A stretch of 64,000 bases of DNA, taken from a virus. The first letter of the stretch is position 1, and each line of letters begins with the position of its first letter. Shown in pieces: positions 9,456-19,372 of this stretch. Location: positions 30,242-94,241 of the IMG/VR virus record IMGVR_UViG_3300009159_000048; one strand, written 5' to 3'. A program made the translations under genes and the position numbers. The notes under the pieces were generated by a model that was not told the origin of the DNA, did not search any database, and was given only the letters and a program-made list of their open reading frames with translations.

Positions 9456-9487
9456 CAAATATAGTGATTAAATTACAAATTTCCAAA
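9456..9487 (-). promoter_or_regulatory. Bacteroidota housekeeping sigma promoter
   Basis: Minus strand TTTG-N20-TATATTTG upstream of the peptidase ATG at 9439. Confidence 0.7.
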
Positions 9488-10006
9488 TAAATGCTCAATT
9501 TTTTTATCTCTGATATAAGACTTTTTAAGAGAATCAATAGTTGCGGTTGATCCATTTATTCTATCAGTGAGCCAAATATCACTTTTATGTAACTCTTTAT
9601 ACTCAGTTTGTAATAAGAAGTCATTGACATCATCGGTTGACTTATATTGAAATTCTTTACTAACTATTATAAAATTTTGAGGTAGGTCTTTTATAACTTC
9701 TAAATAAAAACCCCAATTCATTTTTCTTTTACTCCAAAAATCAAATACAATTAAATCAACACGAAATAAATTAGATTTATCAAGAATACTTTCCTTGAAA
9801 TCATCAATATTATCAAATTCTATTTTATTATTTAAATAATGATATAAACAAAGATCGTGTATTTTATTTGATTCGGATGGCTTTGGTGGAGTAAAAAGTA
9901 TATAATTATAACCAGCTAGGTCTAAAAAGTTCACAATGCTACTAACACCAGAAGCAACTGATGAAACGTCACCGGTGAAATAGTTATATTTTTTCAGATC
10001 TATCAT
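9473..10006 (-). CDS. Degenerate P-loop/helicase-like protein with C-terminal IRDKKIEHLF tag
   Basis: Eroded Walker A position (YFTGDVSSVAS) and Walker B-like DLIVFD. Confidence 0.5.
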   Translation of the reverse strand: MIDLKKYNYFTGDVSSVASGVSSIVNFLDLAGYNYILFTPPKPSESNKIHDLCLYHYLNNKIEFDNIDDFKESILDKSNLFRVDLIVFDFWSKRKMNWGFYLEVIKDLPQNFIIVSKEFQYKSTDDVNDFLLQTEYKELHKSDIWLTDRINGSTATIDSLKKSYIRDKKIEHLFGNL

Positions 10007-10388
10007 GTATGTTCTTTTTCTTTACATCAACGATGTAGTTATATTTATATAAAAATCTTCTTCCAATTAAACAAGGAAATTTCATACCTTTTCTATTTGT
10101 CAAAGATATAAAAACTTTATGAGATTTTTCACCTAGTGTTAATTTTGTTTTAATCAAAAATCTTTTCTGAACTCTACCAAAAGAACTTTTAACTTTAACC
10201 TCTTTAAAGTTATCAAAACATATTTTTTCACCCCCCTCAAACCAAAAGAATAGTTTATCTTCATCCACTTGAAATCCATCAACATGTAGTGCAATATTGA
10301 ATGCACCAGTATCTACTTTAGCGTCTAAAGAACTTATTCCAAGTTCAGGTAATGAAATTTTTTCAAATCTTCCTACTTTTTTACTCAT
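9984..10388 (-). CDS. RimK-associated putative protease (retropepsin-like, AKVDTGA)
   Basis: VGRFEKISLPELG, AKVDTGA, VKSSFG, LTNRKGMKFPCLIGRRFL. Start moved to ATG 10388, downstream of TAATATATA at 10408-10416. Confidence 0.8.
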   Translation of the reverse strand: MSKKVGRFEKISLPELGISSLDAKVDTGAFNIALHVDGFQVDEDKLFFWFEGGEKICFDNFKEVKVKSSFGRVQKRFLIKTKLTLGEKSHKVFISLTNRKGMKFPCLIGRRFLYKYNYIVDVKKKNIHDRSEKI

Positions 10389-10442
10389 TAGAGATGATTT
10401 TTTATGATATATATTACATAAGTAATAATAAAGTTTAATTTT

Positions 10443-13100
10443 ATGTCTAGACATCTCGAATTACAAAAAAAATATAATGAGTTAAACGCTCAGAATAAAA
10501 AGGAAGGAAGGGAAAAATTTTCTAAAGATCTTGGAAAGCCAAAAGTTAAAATTACCAAAGGAACAACACCAACATCAACAAAAGTAATTAGAAACAAAAA
10601 GTTAGATGTGGTTATAGTCTCTGTAAACTACAACGATTATTTATCAGTCACTTTATCACATAATAGTAAAATATTTGATAATATAACAGTTGTTACCTCA
10701 TCAGAAGACATACTTTGTCAAAAAATGTGTGAAAAATTTGGTGTAAATTATGTAGTTACTGATATTATGTATGATGGTAATGCAAAATTCAATAAGGGGA
10801 AAGCCATAAATGAAGGAGTAAGAAGTATTGAAAATCCTGATTTTATACTTTTAATAGATGCTGATATTATTGTTAGTGACAAAATAGATTTAGACTCAAT
10901 TGATAAAGATTATCTTTACACCTCAAATAGACATATTTGTAAGTCTTATAATCTACTACAAAGTTATATTAATGGTGAGAAAAAAATTGAAGATGTATTT
11001 AAGTGTGAAATTGATAAAGGAATGGGATTTTTTCAACTTTTTAATATAAATCACAATTCAATTGATAAAGATAAAGTATATCCAGAATTCTCCAATGACG
11101 CATCATGGGATGATTTATTATTCAGAGATAAATTTCCAAAAAGAGTAACTCTCGGTAATACAATAATTCACTTAGGAGATCCATATCAGAATTGGACAGG
11201 AAGAGTAACTAGCAGATTTTTATCAGATGAGGAACTTTTTAAGATTATCAACTCATATGTAGATAAAAAAGAATTAAGTCAAAATGATTGGGGTACATTT
11301 GATAAAAACATAAATACTTCAAGATATGGAAAATTCAATATAGTAAACACAATATCATTTGATTATCACTACTCAGGATGGTCATACTGCTTAGAACAAA
11401 TATCAATATTAAACTCAAAAGATGGAATAGATTTTGACCCATATCTAGAAAAAAACTTTTGTTGGTATGGATCAGAAAAAAAAATATATCAAAATCCTTG
11501 GGTTGGTATACTACACACACCGATAAACACAGATAAAGAATATATCAAAAAGGTGAATAATGTAGAAATTTTTAATATTCCAGAATTCATTGAAAGTCTA
11601 AAATACTGCGTGGGTCTTTATACATTTAGTGACTATGAAAAATCAAAAATTGAAGATAAAATTAAAAAATTAGAAATTAATTTAGATATAAATGTTATTA
11701 GACACACAACAAGAGAAAGTAATAATAAATGGAGTATTAATCTTTACAAAAAAGATAAAAAAATACTACATGTTGGTTGGTGGTTAAGAAATATTGACAG
11801 TTTCTATAATCTTAAGGTAGATTTAAAAAAGATAAGATTAAAGTTAAAAAATCCAATAGAAAAAACAATAAGTAGAATATTTAATATGCAAGGAAATTGT
11901 CAGGAACTTTCATATCTAAATAAAGATGAATATGAAAGTATATTGAACTCATCAGTTTTATTTTTAGATTTAATAGACTCTGTTGCTGTTAATACTTTAA
12001 TTGAATGTATCGAAAATAACGTACCTATTATAGTAAATAAAACAAAATCAGTAGAGGAATATCTAGGAAAAGATTATCCACTATATTATCAAAATTTAGA
12101 TGAGGTAAACGATCTACTAAATGATGATAAGATTTTAGAAGCATCTGAATACTTGTCAAAAATACCAAGATTTGATAGTCTAGGAAAACAAATTCAAATG
12201 TCAAATATTTATAAAAAGATAGATGGCTTACAAACTTACAATATTTTTAACCCTGGAGATTTAGGATTAGATTCATTAGGTGGAATTTATAATCCAGGCT
12301 ATATAAAATTTAATAATAAAGAGTATATTTTACCAAGAGTTGAAAAATTTACCGAAAACGAGAGAGGTCAAAACAATCTCTGGAGAAAAACCAGTTCTGT
12401 ACCATACTTAATAGAAATTGATAATGAATTTAATATTAAGGAAATAAACAAACTAAAACTAATTGGATTCAGTGAAAAAAGAATAGAAGATTTTAGAATA
12501 TTTGAATATAAAAACGAATTATACACAAATCATATATTAGTTGATGATGATAGTATTTATCCAGTAATATCGAAAATAGATATAAAAAATAATAAATTAC
12601 ATTTTATAGGAAAAATAAAAATACCAATTGACATAAAAAATGTAGAAAAAAATTGGACCTTTATTTCTATGAATGATGAACTTTTTTTAATCTACAATAT
12701 AAGTACTATGACAATATTCAAGGTCAATTTAGATAATTTAACTTCCGAATTATACAAAAATATTGATAGTAATATTGAGTGGTCAATAAGAGGATATGTA
12801 TCAGCAAGTACAAATCCTATAAAAATAAATAAAGATTCATATATAATGGGGTTTCACACTAGAGATAAAAATCTTATTTATCATCAAGGATTTTTGGAAT
12901 TTGACTCAAACTTCAATATAATAAATTACTCAAAAAAACCTGTTATATCATCAGGTGATTATCAAACTATAAATCCAAAAGTAATTTACACAATGTCATT
13001 AAAATTAAATAAAAAAGACGAGGAAATTGAATGTTTTTGTGGAGATGGTGATAGTAAAACAACAGTGATATCATATAAAATAAAAGAATTATTTAGATGA
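10443..13100 (+). CDS. Multidomain glycosyltransferase (GT2-like + GT-B-like + beta-propeller hydrolase-like)
   Basis: FNKGKAIN, LLIDADI (DxD); middle NTLIECIENNVPIIVN; C-terminal YNPG, RIEDFRIF, EKNWTF propeller motifs. Confidence 0.7.
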   Translation: MSRHLELQKKYNELNAQNKKEGREKFSKDLGKPKVKITKGTTPTSTKVIRNKKLDVVIVSVNYNDYLSVTLSHNSKIFDNITVVTSSEDILCQKMCEKFGVNYVVTDIMYDGNAKFNKGKAINEGVRSIENPDFILLIDADIIVSDKIDLDSIDKDYLYTSNRHICKSYNLLQSYINGEKKIEDVFKCEIDKGMGFFQLFNINHNSIDKDKVYPEFSNDASWDDLLFRDKFPKRVTLGNTIIHLGDPYQNWTGRVTSRFLSDEELFKIINSYVDKKELSQNDWGTFDKNINTSRYGKFNIVNTISFDYHYSGWSYCLEQISILNSKDGIDFDPYLEKNFCWYGSEKKIYQNPWVGILHTPINTDKEYIKKVNNVEIFNIPEFIESLKYCVGLYTFSDYEKSKIEDKIKKLEINLDINVIRHTTRESNNKWSINLYKKDKKILHVGWWLRNIDSFYNLKVDLKKIRLKLKNPIEKTISRIFNMQGNCQELSYLNKDEYESILNSSVLFLDLIDSVAVNTLIECIENNVPIIVNKTKSVEEYLGKDYPLYYQNLDEVNDLLNDDKILEASEYLSKIPRFDSLGKQIQMSNIYKKIDGLQTYNIFNPGDLGLDSLGGIYNPGYIKFNNKEYILPRVEKFTENERGQNNLWRKTSSVPYLIEIDNEFNIKEINKLKLIGFSEKRIEDFRIFEYKNELYTNHILVDDDSIYPVISKIDIKNNKLHFIGKIKIPIDIKNVEKNWTFISMNDELFLIYNISTMTIFKVNLDNLTSELYKNIDSNIEWSIRGYVSASTNPIKINKDSYIMGFHTRDKNLIYHQGFLEFDSNFNIINYSKKPVISSGDYQTINPKVIYTMSLKLNKKDEEIECFCGDGDSKTTVISYKIKELFR

Positions 13101-14131
13101 AAAGAATTATTATAAATGGTTTCTTCGGAAAGGGCAATTGCGGAGATGAGGCAATTTTACAAACATGGCATGAAAAGTTATCTAACAGATTTAGGATAGT
13201 AGCTTCTATGGATTCTAATGTTGTTGATCAAAAAGAATATGTAGATTTTGATTTTTATAGTGAAATCGATGTAATACAAAATAGAAGAGTTGACATATTT
13301 TGAAGAGAGGACATATACGCATACATAATAGGTGGTGGAGGCTTAGGATTAGGATTCGGGGTAGAACAATGGCTACACACCATATTAAGAAGTAAAAAAA
13401 GACTTTATCTAGGAACAATTGTACATAATGAGTTCTTTAATAATAATCAAGATTTGATAAACATTAATAAGTTATTTTTTAAGTCATTCGATATGATTTC
13501 CGTAAGAGATAAAAAATCAAAGGAAAATCTGAAAGATATATTTGACACCGAATCAAGTTTCTATCCAGATATAGCAACTGCTTTATCACTAGAAGAAGAA
13601 GAAATAAAAACTAATAAAAGATTTATAACAGTAACTGTAAGAGATAACAATGTAAATGATTTAGTGTCAATAAAAAAATGGATAGATAAAATTAAAAAAT
13701 ACGCAATTAAAAATAAGTTTGATATTATTTATTTACCATTTGACAAGACAGACGAAAAACTGATGGAATCTTTATCTCTAGATATTAAATACGAAAAGAT
13801 ATATTGGTATCCTAAAAAGACAAAATATATCATATCAAAATCAGAAATGTGTTTTTCAATTGGTAGATTTCATCCGATAGTTTTTGGTCTATCAACCGGA
13901 GTAACTTCATACTTTATAAATTGCCAGGAACAAGATAGTAAGTGGAGATATATCGATGGGGATAAAGATAAAAACTTTGAGATTCTTAATGATTACAACT
14001 CGTTGGAATTTTATCTAACAAATGATGATATTAAGAAAGAATTCAAGAAAAATTCAAGATCGAAGGAAATATCAAAAGAAATACAAAATAATATAAATGA
14101 ATTCTTTGAGAAACTAAATGAAATATTATGA
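13097..14131 (+). pseudogene. Polysaccharide pyruvyl transferase family gene interrupted by one in-frame TGA (13301-13303)
   Basis: GNCGDEAI before the stop; the same frame continues REDIYAYIIGGGGLG and joins ORF 13454..14131 (SVRD, PDIA, GRFHP). Confidence 0.8.
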
Positions 14132-15351
14132 CAGTACACCAAATAAAATCTGAGATAAACTATAGTTTTTTAATGTCTCCATTTTATTTGATAGGAGACG
14201 ATGAGTTATTGAAATCTCAACTACTAAATTTAAATAATCAAACTGATAAATCATTTGAGGTTATAATTCCAGATCCACATTATTCTAAAAGAGAATGGAT
14301 AAAAGATTTTTGTAAGAATCTTGATTATAATCTAATACACTATAAATACGAAACAAACTTTAAAATACCAAGAACATTCGATTATGGAATATTTAACAAT
14401 TCTTCTTTGATAAGCAATTCCGAAAATCTCATAATTTTTCAAGACTGGAGATTTTGTCATCATGAACTAGTAGAAAGACTTAAAAAAACTAATTATGAAT
14501 TTGTAGGATTTAACTGGCAGATTCTTTATACAGAGGAAATTCCACTCAACTCTTGCGATCCTCTTGGGAACTCTCAAGAATCGACGGTCACACATCACCC
14601 AAAATCAACAATAGAAATATCAATAGTAGAATCTAAGATACTTTATGAGAATGGTATATTTCCAATTATAAATATAGAAGAAAGTCTAGTAAACACATTT
14701 CATAATAGTTGTTGGGGTCATTATTGCATCTCAAAAAAACTTTGGATGGAAATAAACGGGATAGATGAAGTAGTAACAGGCACAAGACATTATGCAGATT
14801 TAGATATTAACGCAAGATTACAGGAATATTTTAGAAGAAATAATAAAATTATTGAAATTCCAATGTTGAAAAATGCAATGGTTAGATTAGCGCACATTAG
14901 AGGAAACTTCTTTGGTGGTTCAAATGTAGAATTGGATTACAAAGTAAATATTGAACACACAAAGTGTTGTTTTGTCGCAACACCAAATATAAGTATCGAC
15001 GAATTTACACATAATAAAAAATTTACACACTACGTTGTCGATAAAATTAAAAATGGAGAATATTCTAAATTATATGAAATAGAATATTCAGAATATTTTA
15101 GAAATAATAATAAGAATGAAAGTTTGGATGATGAGTATTGTATCATAGGATTTCAATGTAATAAATGTAAAGTAGTAGGTGAGACACCACACTGGTATGA
15201 TAAATCACCAAATTGTAGAGTAGAAGCTATGTTTGATATTGGTACTGAAAACTTTAAAATTGGAAAAAATATTAAATCTATAAATAATAATCTATTAGGC
15301 GAAACAATTCAGAAAAAAATAGAATTAGTCACTAATTACTGGAATGAATAA
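14128..15351 (+). CDS. GT2-like glycosyltransferase
   Basis: LNNQTDKSFEVIIPD, LIIFQD, EINGIDE, ADLDINARL. Confidence 0.65.
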   Translation: MTVHQIKSEINYSFLMSPFYLIGDDELLKSQLLNLNNQTDKSFEVIIPDPHYSKREWIKDFCKNLDYNLIHYKYETNFKIPRTFDYGIFNNSSLISNSENLIIFQDWRFCHHELVERLKKTNYEFVGFNWQILYTEEIPLNSCDPLGNSQESTVTHHPKSTIEISIVESKILYENGIFPIINIEESLVNTFHNSCWGHYCISKKLWMEINGIDEVVTGTRHYADLDINARLQEYFRRNNKIIEIPMLKNAMVRLAHIRGNFFGGSNVELDYKVNIEHTKCCFVATPNISIDEFTHNKKFTHYVVDKIKNGEYSKLYEIEYSEYFRNNNKNESLDDEYCIIGFQCNKCKVVGETPHWYDKSPNCRVEAMFDIGTENFKIGKNIKSINNNLLGETIQKKIELVTNYWNE

Positions 15352-15400
15352 TTTTTGACTAGAATAAAAACTTTCATAATAATTAAAAATACAATCAAAT

Positions 15401-16030
15401 ATGGCACACGGAGTTTATAAAGTAACAGAAGAATTTGAAAAAGCATTAGGAGACTACACAGGAGCTTCCTATGTTGTAACGGTAGACAATCAGAGCAATG
15501 CTCTTTTTCTATCCATGATGTATGAAAATGTAAAGGGTAAAGAACTAACAATTCCATCCAGAACATATCCATCAGTACCTTGTGAAATTATACACGCAGG
15601 AGCTAAGGTAAAATTTAAACCAGTTCAGGGAAAAACAATTAAAGGAGCTTACCAACTAGAAGGTTCCAATGTCTGGGATTCTGCTTTAAGATTCACTGCT
15701 GATATGTATATACCAGGAACTCATATGTGTGTATCATTCACTGGACCATATAAACACTTCAAGTTATCAAAGGGAGGAGCTATACTAACCGATAATTACG
15801 AAGCCTATCTTTGGTTTAAGAGAGCAAGATATTCAGGTAGAAGAGAGTGTTCTTATCATGACGACCACTTTGATATGTTAGGTTGGAATTTTTATATGAT
15901 GCCTGAATTAGCAGCGAGAGGTCTACTTCTGATGAGTCAATTTTATAACACTGATGGTACAAAAAAGATTAATGAAGATTTAGAATTACCTTATCCAGAC
16001 TTATCAAAATTTGATATTTATAAACAGTGA
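15401..16030 (+). CDS. Short DegT/DnrJ/EryC1/StrS-family PLP-dependent protein
   Basis: EEFEKAL, VWDSA, CVSFTGPYKHF, KGGAILTD, GWNFYM; 209 aa. Confidence 0.8.
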   Translation: MAHGVYKVTEEFEKALGDYTGASYVVTVDNQSNALFLSMMYENVKGKELTIPSRTYPSVPCEIIHAGAKVKFKPVQGKTIKGAYQLEGSNVWDSALRFTADMYIPGTHMCVSFTGPYKHFKLSKGGAILTDNYEAYLWFKRARYSGRRECSYHDDHFDMLGWNFYMMPELAARGLLLMSQFYNTDGTKKINEDLELPYPDLSKFDIYKQ

Positions 16031-16797
16031 AAATAGAACAATTTATAACGTGTCCCTCTATAGGATTCTTTGAATATGAGTTTCAAAAAAAATGGAGTTT
16101 GTCAAAATATTTTGATGATGATAAACCATTATTCTTCTTTGGATTTAGTGGGCTAGAAAATATTTTTGAATCCCACAAAGGATATAAAGTAGTTTTACCA
16201 TCTACACCGACTGACTTACCAAACTTTGGAATACTTAAAAATATAGAAAAGACTATACTTATAACCGAATGTTCTTTACCGAAAGACTATTATCTACCAG
16301 AAAATGTAATTCACAAACAAGAGGTTATAGAAATAAAAGACTATAACATGTTTAATCCTAGTACATTAGGAGACAAAATATATTATTACTCTGGATTTTC
16401 AAATGGTTGGACTCCAAGCCCAAAAGAAAAAATAGATTATATTCAATCTAAAATAGACTATGAAATTATAACAACTCAACATATCAACAAGTCAGATATG
16501 TATAACATAGAATTTTTAATTGAAAATTATTATAGAAAATGTTTTCTAAATCTCAACTTTTCACAAGGACACGGAATGACAACTACAAGAGAATTTTCAT
16601 TAATGGGTGTAAAAACATTGACATTTGAAAATCCATATCCATACGAATCATTAATTAAATGTAAAGATGTTGATGAAGTCTTAGAGAATATAAAACTTGA
16701 GTCTAAAAAAATAAACACAATACAACCAAGCATTAATCCACACACAACAGGAAAAGACTGGTTGGAACTAGACTACTGGATAAAAAATAAAAGATAA
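16027..16797 (+). CDS. Hypothetical protein, possibly glycosyltransferase-like
   Basis: GTGA-coupled to the upstream gene within the glycosylation island. Confidence 0.6.
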   Translation: MKIEQFITCPSIGFFEYEFQKKWSLSKYFDDDKPLFFFGFSGLENIFESHKGYKVVLPSTPTDLPNFGILKNIEKTILITECSLPKDYYLPENVIHKQEVIEIKDYNMFNPSTLGDKIYYYSGFSNGWTPSPKEKIDYIQSKIDYEIITTQHINKSDMYNIEFLIENYYRKCFLNLNFSQGHGMTTTREFSLMGVKTLTFENPYPYESLIKCKDVDEVLENIKLESKKINTIQPSINPHTTGKDWLELDYWIKNKR

Positions 16798-16802
16798 AAA
16801 CT

Positions 16803-17324
16803 ATGATATTGAAAATGAGAGGAAGTTCTAACACAAAAGGTCTATTAGACTTAATTGACTACATACCTAATAATTTAATAATGGCTGAAGTAGGTTGTTA
16901 CGCAGGCGAAAGTACTAAAATGTTTTTAGAATCAGGTAAAATTACCTTACTATATGCAATAGATATTTGGAAAGACGAAATGGACAACTTTAAAAAGATA
17001 CAACCAAGTCACGACTTTTCAATCGTTGAGAAAACTTTTGACGAATCTATGAAAGAATTCAATATAAAAAAACTTAAAATGTATTTCTCAGAGGCATTAG
17101 AATCTCTACCAACACTAGATTTTATATATATCGATGCAAATCATGATTATGAATTTGTTAAAGATGATATTACCAATGCTCTAAAAAAAATTAAAAAAGA
17201 TGGTTTGATAGCTGGACATGATTACAACAATGAAAGTCCTGGTGTTATAAAAGCAGTTAATGAATTTTTTGGTAAACCAGATATCATTTTTTCAGACTCT
17301 AGTTGGTTAGTAAAAATAAATTGA
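16803..17324 (+). CDS. Class I SAM-dependent methyltransferase (Methyltransf_24-like)
   Basis: AEVGCYAGES, YAIDIW, DFIYIDANHDYE, GLIAGHDY. Confidence 0.88.
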   Translation: MILKMRGSSNTKGLLDLIDYIPNNLIMAEVGCYAGESTKMFLESGKITLLYAIDIWKDEMDNFKKIQPSHDFSIVEKTFDESMKEFNIKKLKMYFSEALESLPTLDFIYIDANHDYEFVKDDITNALKKIKKDGLIAGHDYNNESPGVIKAVNEFFGKPDIIFSDSSWLVKIN

Positions 17325-18103
17325 AAAAATGTATGATAGAAGCTGAAGAAATAATTATTGGTAAAAATGTGATTATATCACCAACTGCAAAAATAAGAGG
17401 TATAAACGGTAAAGCAAAAAAAATCGTAATTGGTGATAACACTTTTATAGGTGATGATGTACAAATAATAGTAGACGAATTCCAGATAGGAGACTACTGT
17501 AAAGTGCAACATCACACAAACATACATGGATATAAACCAATAAACATAGGACATAATGCATGGATAGGCCAGTATACAATAATAGATGGAATCGGAGGGA
17601 CAACTATAGGAAACAATTGTGGAATCGGAGCTCACTCACAACTCTGGTCTCACATTTTATATGGAGATGATTTAGAAGGTTGTAACTACAACTCGTCAAG
17701 TGAACTTAGAATAGGAAATGACTGTTGGTTTGTTGGACATTGTATAGTTTCACCAATAGTAGCAGAAGACAAATCGATGGCATTAGTTGGTTCTGTCATA
17801 ACAAAAGATATGAAGAGCAATCACATATACGGAGGATCACCCGCAAAAGATTTGACTGATAAAATAAAACCCCAGTTCAGTGAGGTTAAACTGGAGGACA
17901 AATTATTAAAAATGAACAAACATTATGAACAGTTTGGTTCACCAAAAAATATCAAAATAGTAACAGATTTTTCTGAAATAATAAGTGAACATTACACCTA
18001 TTTTAATATATCAGATAGAAAATATACTAAGAGGTTGACAGAAGAGGAAATATCATTCATGAAATTTCTATTACCAACTAAAGCTAAATTCACACCATAT
18101 TAA
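17303..18103 (+). CDS. Hexapeptide-repeat acyltransferase
   Basis: Multiple I-G-x-N-x-x-I repeats, GSVITKD, YGGSPAK; the true start may be ATG 17333. Confidence 0.85.
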   Translation: MVSKNKLKKCMIEAEEIIIGKNVIISPTAKIRGINGKAKKIVIGDNTFIGDDVQIIVDEFQIGDYCKVQHHTNIHGYKPINIGHNAWIGQYTIIDGIGGTTIGNNCGIGAHSQLWSHILYGDDLEGCNYNSSSELRIGNDCWFVGHCIVSPIVAEDKSMALVGSVITKDMKSNHIYGGSPAKDLTDKIKPQFSEVKLEDKLLKMNKHYEQFGSPKNIKIVTDFSEIISEHYTYFNISDRKYTKRLTEEEISFMKFLLPTKAKFTPY

Positions 18104-18120
18104 AAAATATTATATAAATT

Positions 18121-18756
18121 ATGCCAATAAAAAAACATAACCCCTATAAAATTGTTCAGATGTTTGAGGAAGAAATTGCTCTATACACAAATGCACCCTA
18201 CGCTGTATCAATAGATAGTTGCACAAATGCTCTATTTTTGTGCTGTAAGTATTTAGAAGCCGAAGAAGTAACTATACCATCGAAGACTTATTTGTCAGTT
18301 CCAATGAGTATAATTCAGTCCGGTGCTCAATTAAGATTTGACAAAAGACCAGAATCAAACCATTGGACTGGAATTTACCAACTAAAACCATATCCAATAT
18401 ATGACGCAGCTAAAAGACTTACTTCCAACATGTACATTCCAGGAACATTTATGTGTTTATCTTTTCATATAAAGAAAAATCTTGGAATAGGAAAAGGGGG
18501 AATGATTCTCACTGATAATAAAGAAGCCGTTGATTGGTTCAAAAAGGCCAGATATGAAGGTAGAAGTGAAAAATACTACAAGGAGGACAATATATCATCT
18601 TTAGGTTGGAATATGTATATGACTCCACAAGAAGCCGCACAAGGACTTTGTTTATTACAAAATTATCCAGAACATATGTCCGATCAAGGAGAATTAAATG
18701 GATATAGAGATTTAACTGAATTTGATATATTTAAGAATTGTAAAACTATAGAATGA
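18121..18756 (+). CDS. Short DegT/DnrJ/EryC1/StrS-family PLP-dependent protein (paralog of 15401..16030)
   Basis: DSCTNAL, IYDAA, SFHIKKNL, KGGMILTD, GWNMYM. Confidence 0.82.
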   Translation: MPIKKHNPYKIVQMFEEEIALYTNAPYAVSIDSCTNALFLCCKYLEAEEVTIPSKTYLSVPMSIIQSGAQLRFDKRPESNHWTGIYQLKPYPIYDAAKRLTSNMYIPGTFMCLSFHIKKNLGIGKGGMILTDNKEAVDWFKKARYEGRSEKYYKEDNISSLGWNMYMTPQEAAQGLCLLQNYPEHMSDQGELNGYRDLTEFDIFKNCKTIE

Positions 18757-19337
18757 AAAAAGCTCTAATAGGATACGGTGGACATGCTAGAGAAGTAATG
18801 TGTCAGATGAATCAAAAACTAGATTGTTTTGTAGATGATGAATTTTTAGATTCTAATACACTTTCATTTTCTAAATTTGATCCAAACCTATATGAGGTAA
18901 TGATTTGTATATCAAATCCAAAGGATAGATACGAAATAGTAAATAAGTTACCAAAAGAAACAAAATACTTTTCATTTATACATCCAACTGCATTGATATT
19001 AAGTGACGATGTCTACATTGATGAAGGAAGTTTTATCGGAGCTTACAGTATACTCACAACAAATATAAAAATTGGAAAACATTCAATATTAAATAGATAC
19101 TGCCAAATAGGACACGATTCGCAATCAGGAGATTATCTAACAATGATGCCTGGTTCTGTAATTTCAGGTAATTGCAATATAGGAAACAGAGTTTATTTTG
19201 GAACAAATTCATCAGTAAAAGAAAAAATAAATATTTGTGATGATGTAACTATTGGATTAAACTCCGGAGTTGTTAAAAATATCAATGAATCAGGGATATA
19301 TGGAGGAGTTCCTTGTAAGTTAATAAAACAAATCTAA
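18753..19337 (+). CDS. PglD/NeuD-like sugar acetyltransferase
   Basis: IGYGGHARE, FIHPTA, IGHD, hexapeptide repeats, GVPCK. Confidence 0.88.
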   Translation: MKKALIGYGGHAREVMCQMNQKLDCFVDDEFLDSNTLSFSKFDPNLYEVMICISNPKDRYEIVNKLPKETKYFSFIHPTALILSDDVYIDEGSFIGAYSILTTNIKIGKHSILNRYCQIGHDSQSGDYLTMMPGSVISGNCNIGNRVYFGTNSSVKEKINICDDVTIGLNSGVVKNINESGIYGGVPCKLIKQI

Positions 19338-19372
19338 AACAAAAATCTATAATAAGAAAAATAATTATTAAA

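Noticed and set aside
10389-10454. ORF-track N-terminal extension of the DTGA protease, which gives two divergent genes both starting MSRH
   Set aside because: It comes from a short local palindrome (ATGTCTAGACAT) and spans the promoter region; ATG 10388 fits the family start better.
13301-13303. Genome-wide stop codon reassignment (TGA or TAG)
   Set aside because: Long genes translate intact in the standard code and TGA is used as a real stop in several ATGA overlaps; only this one gene is interrupted.
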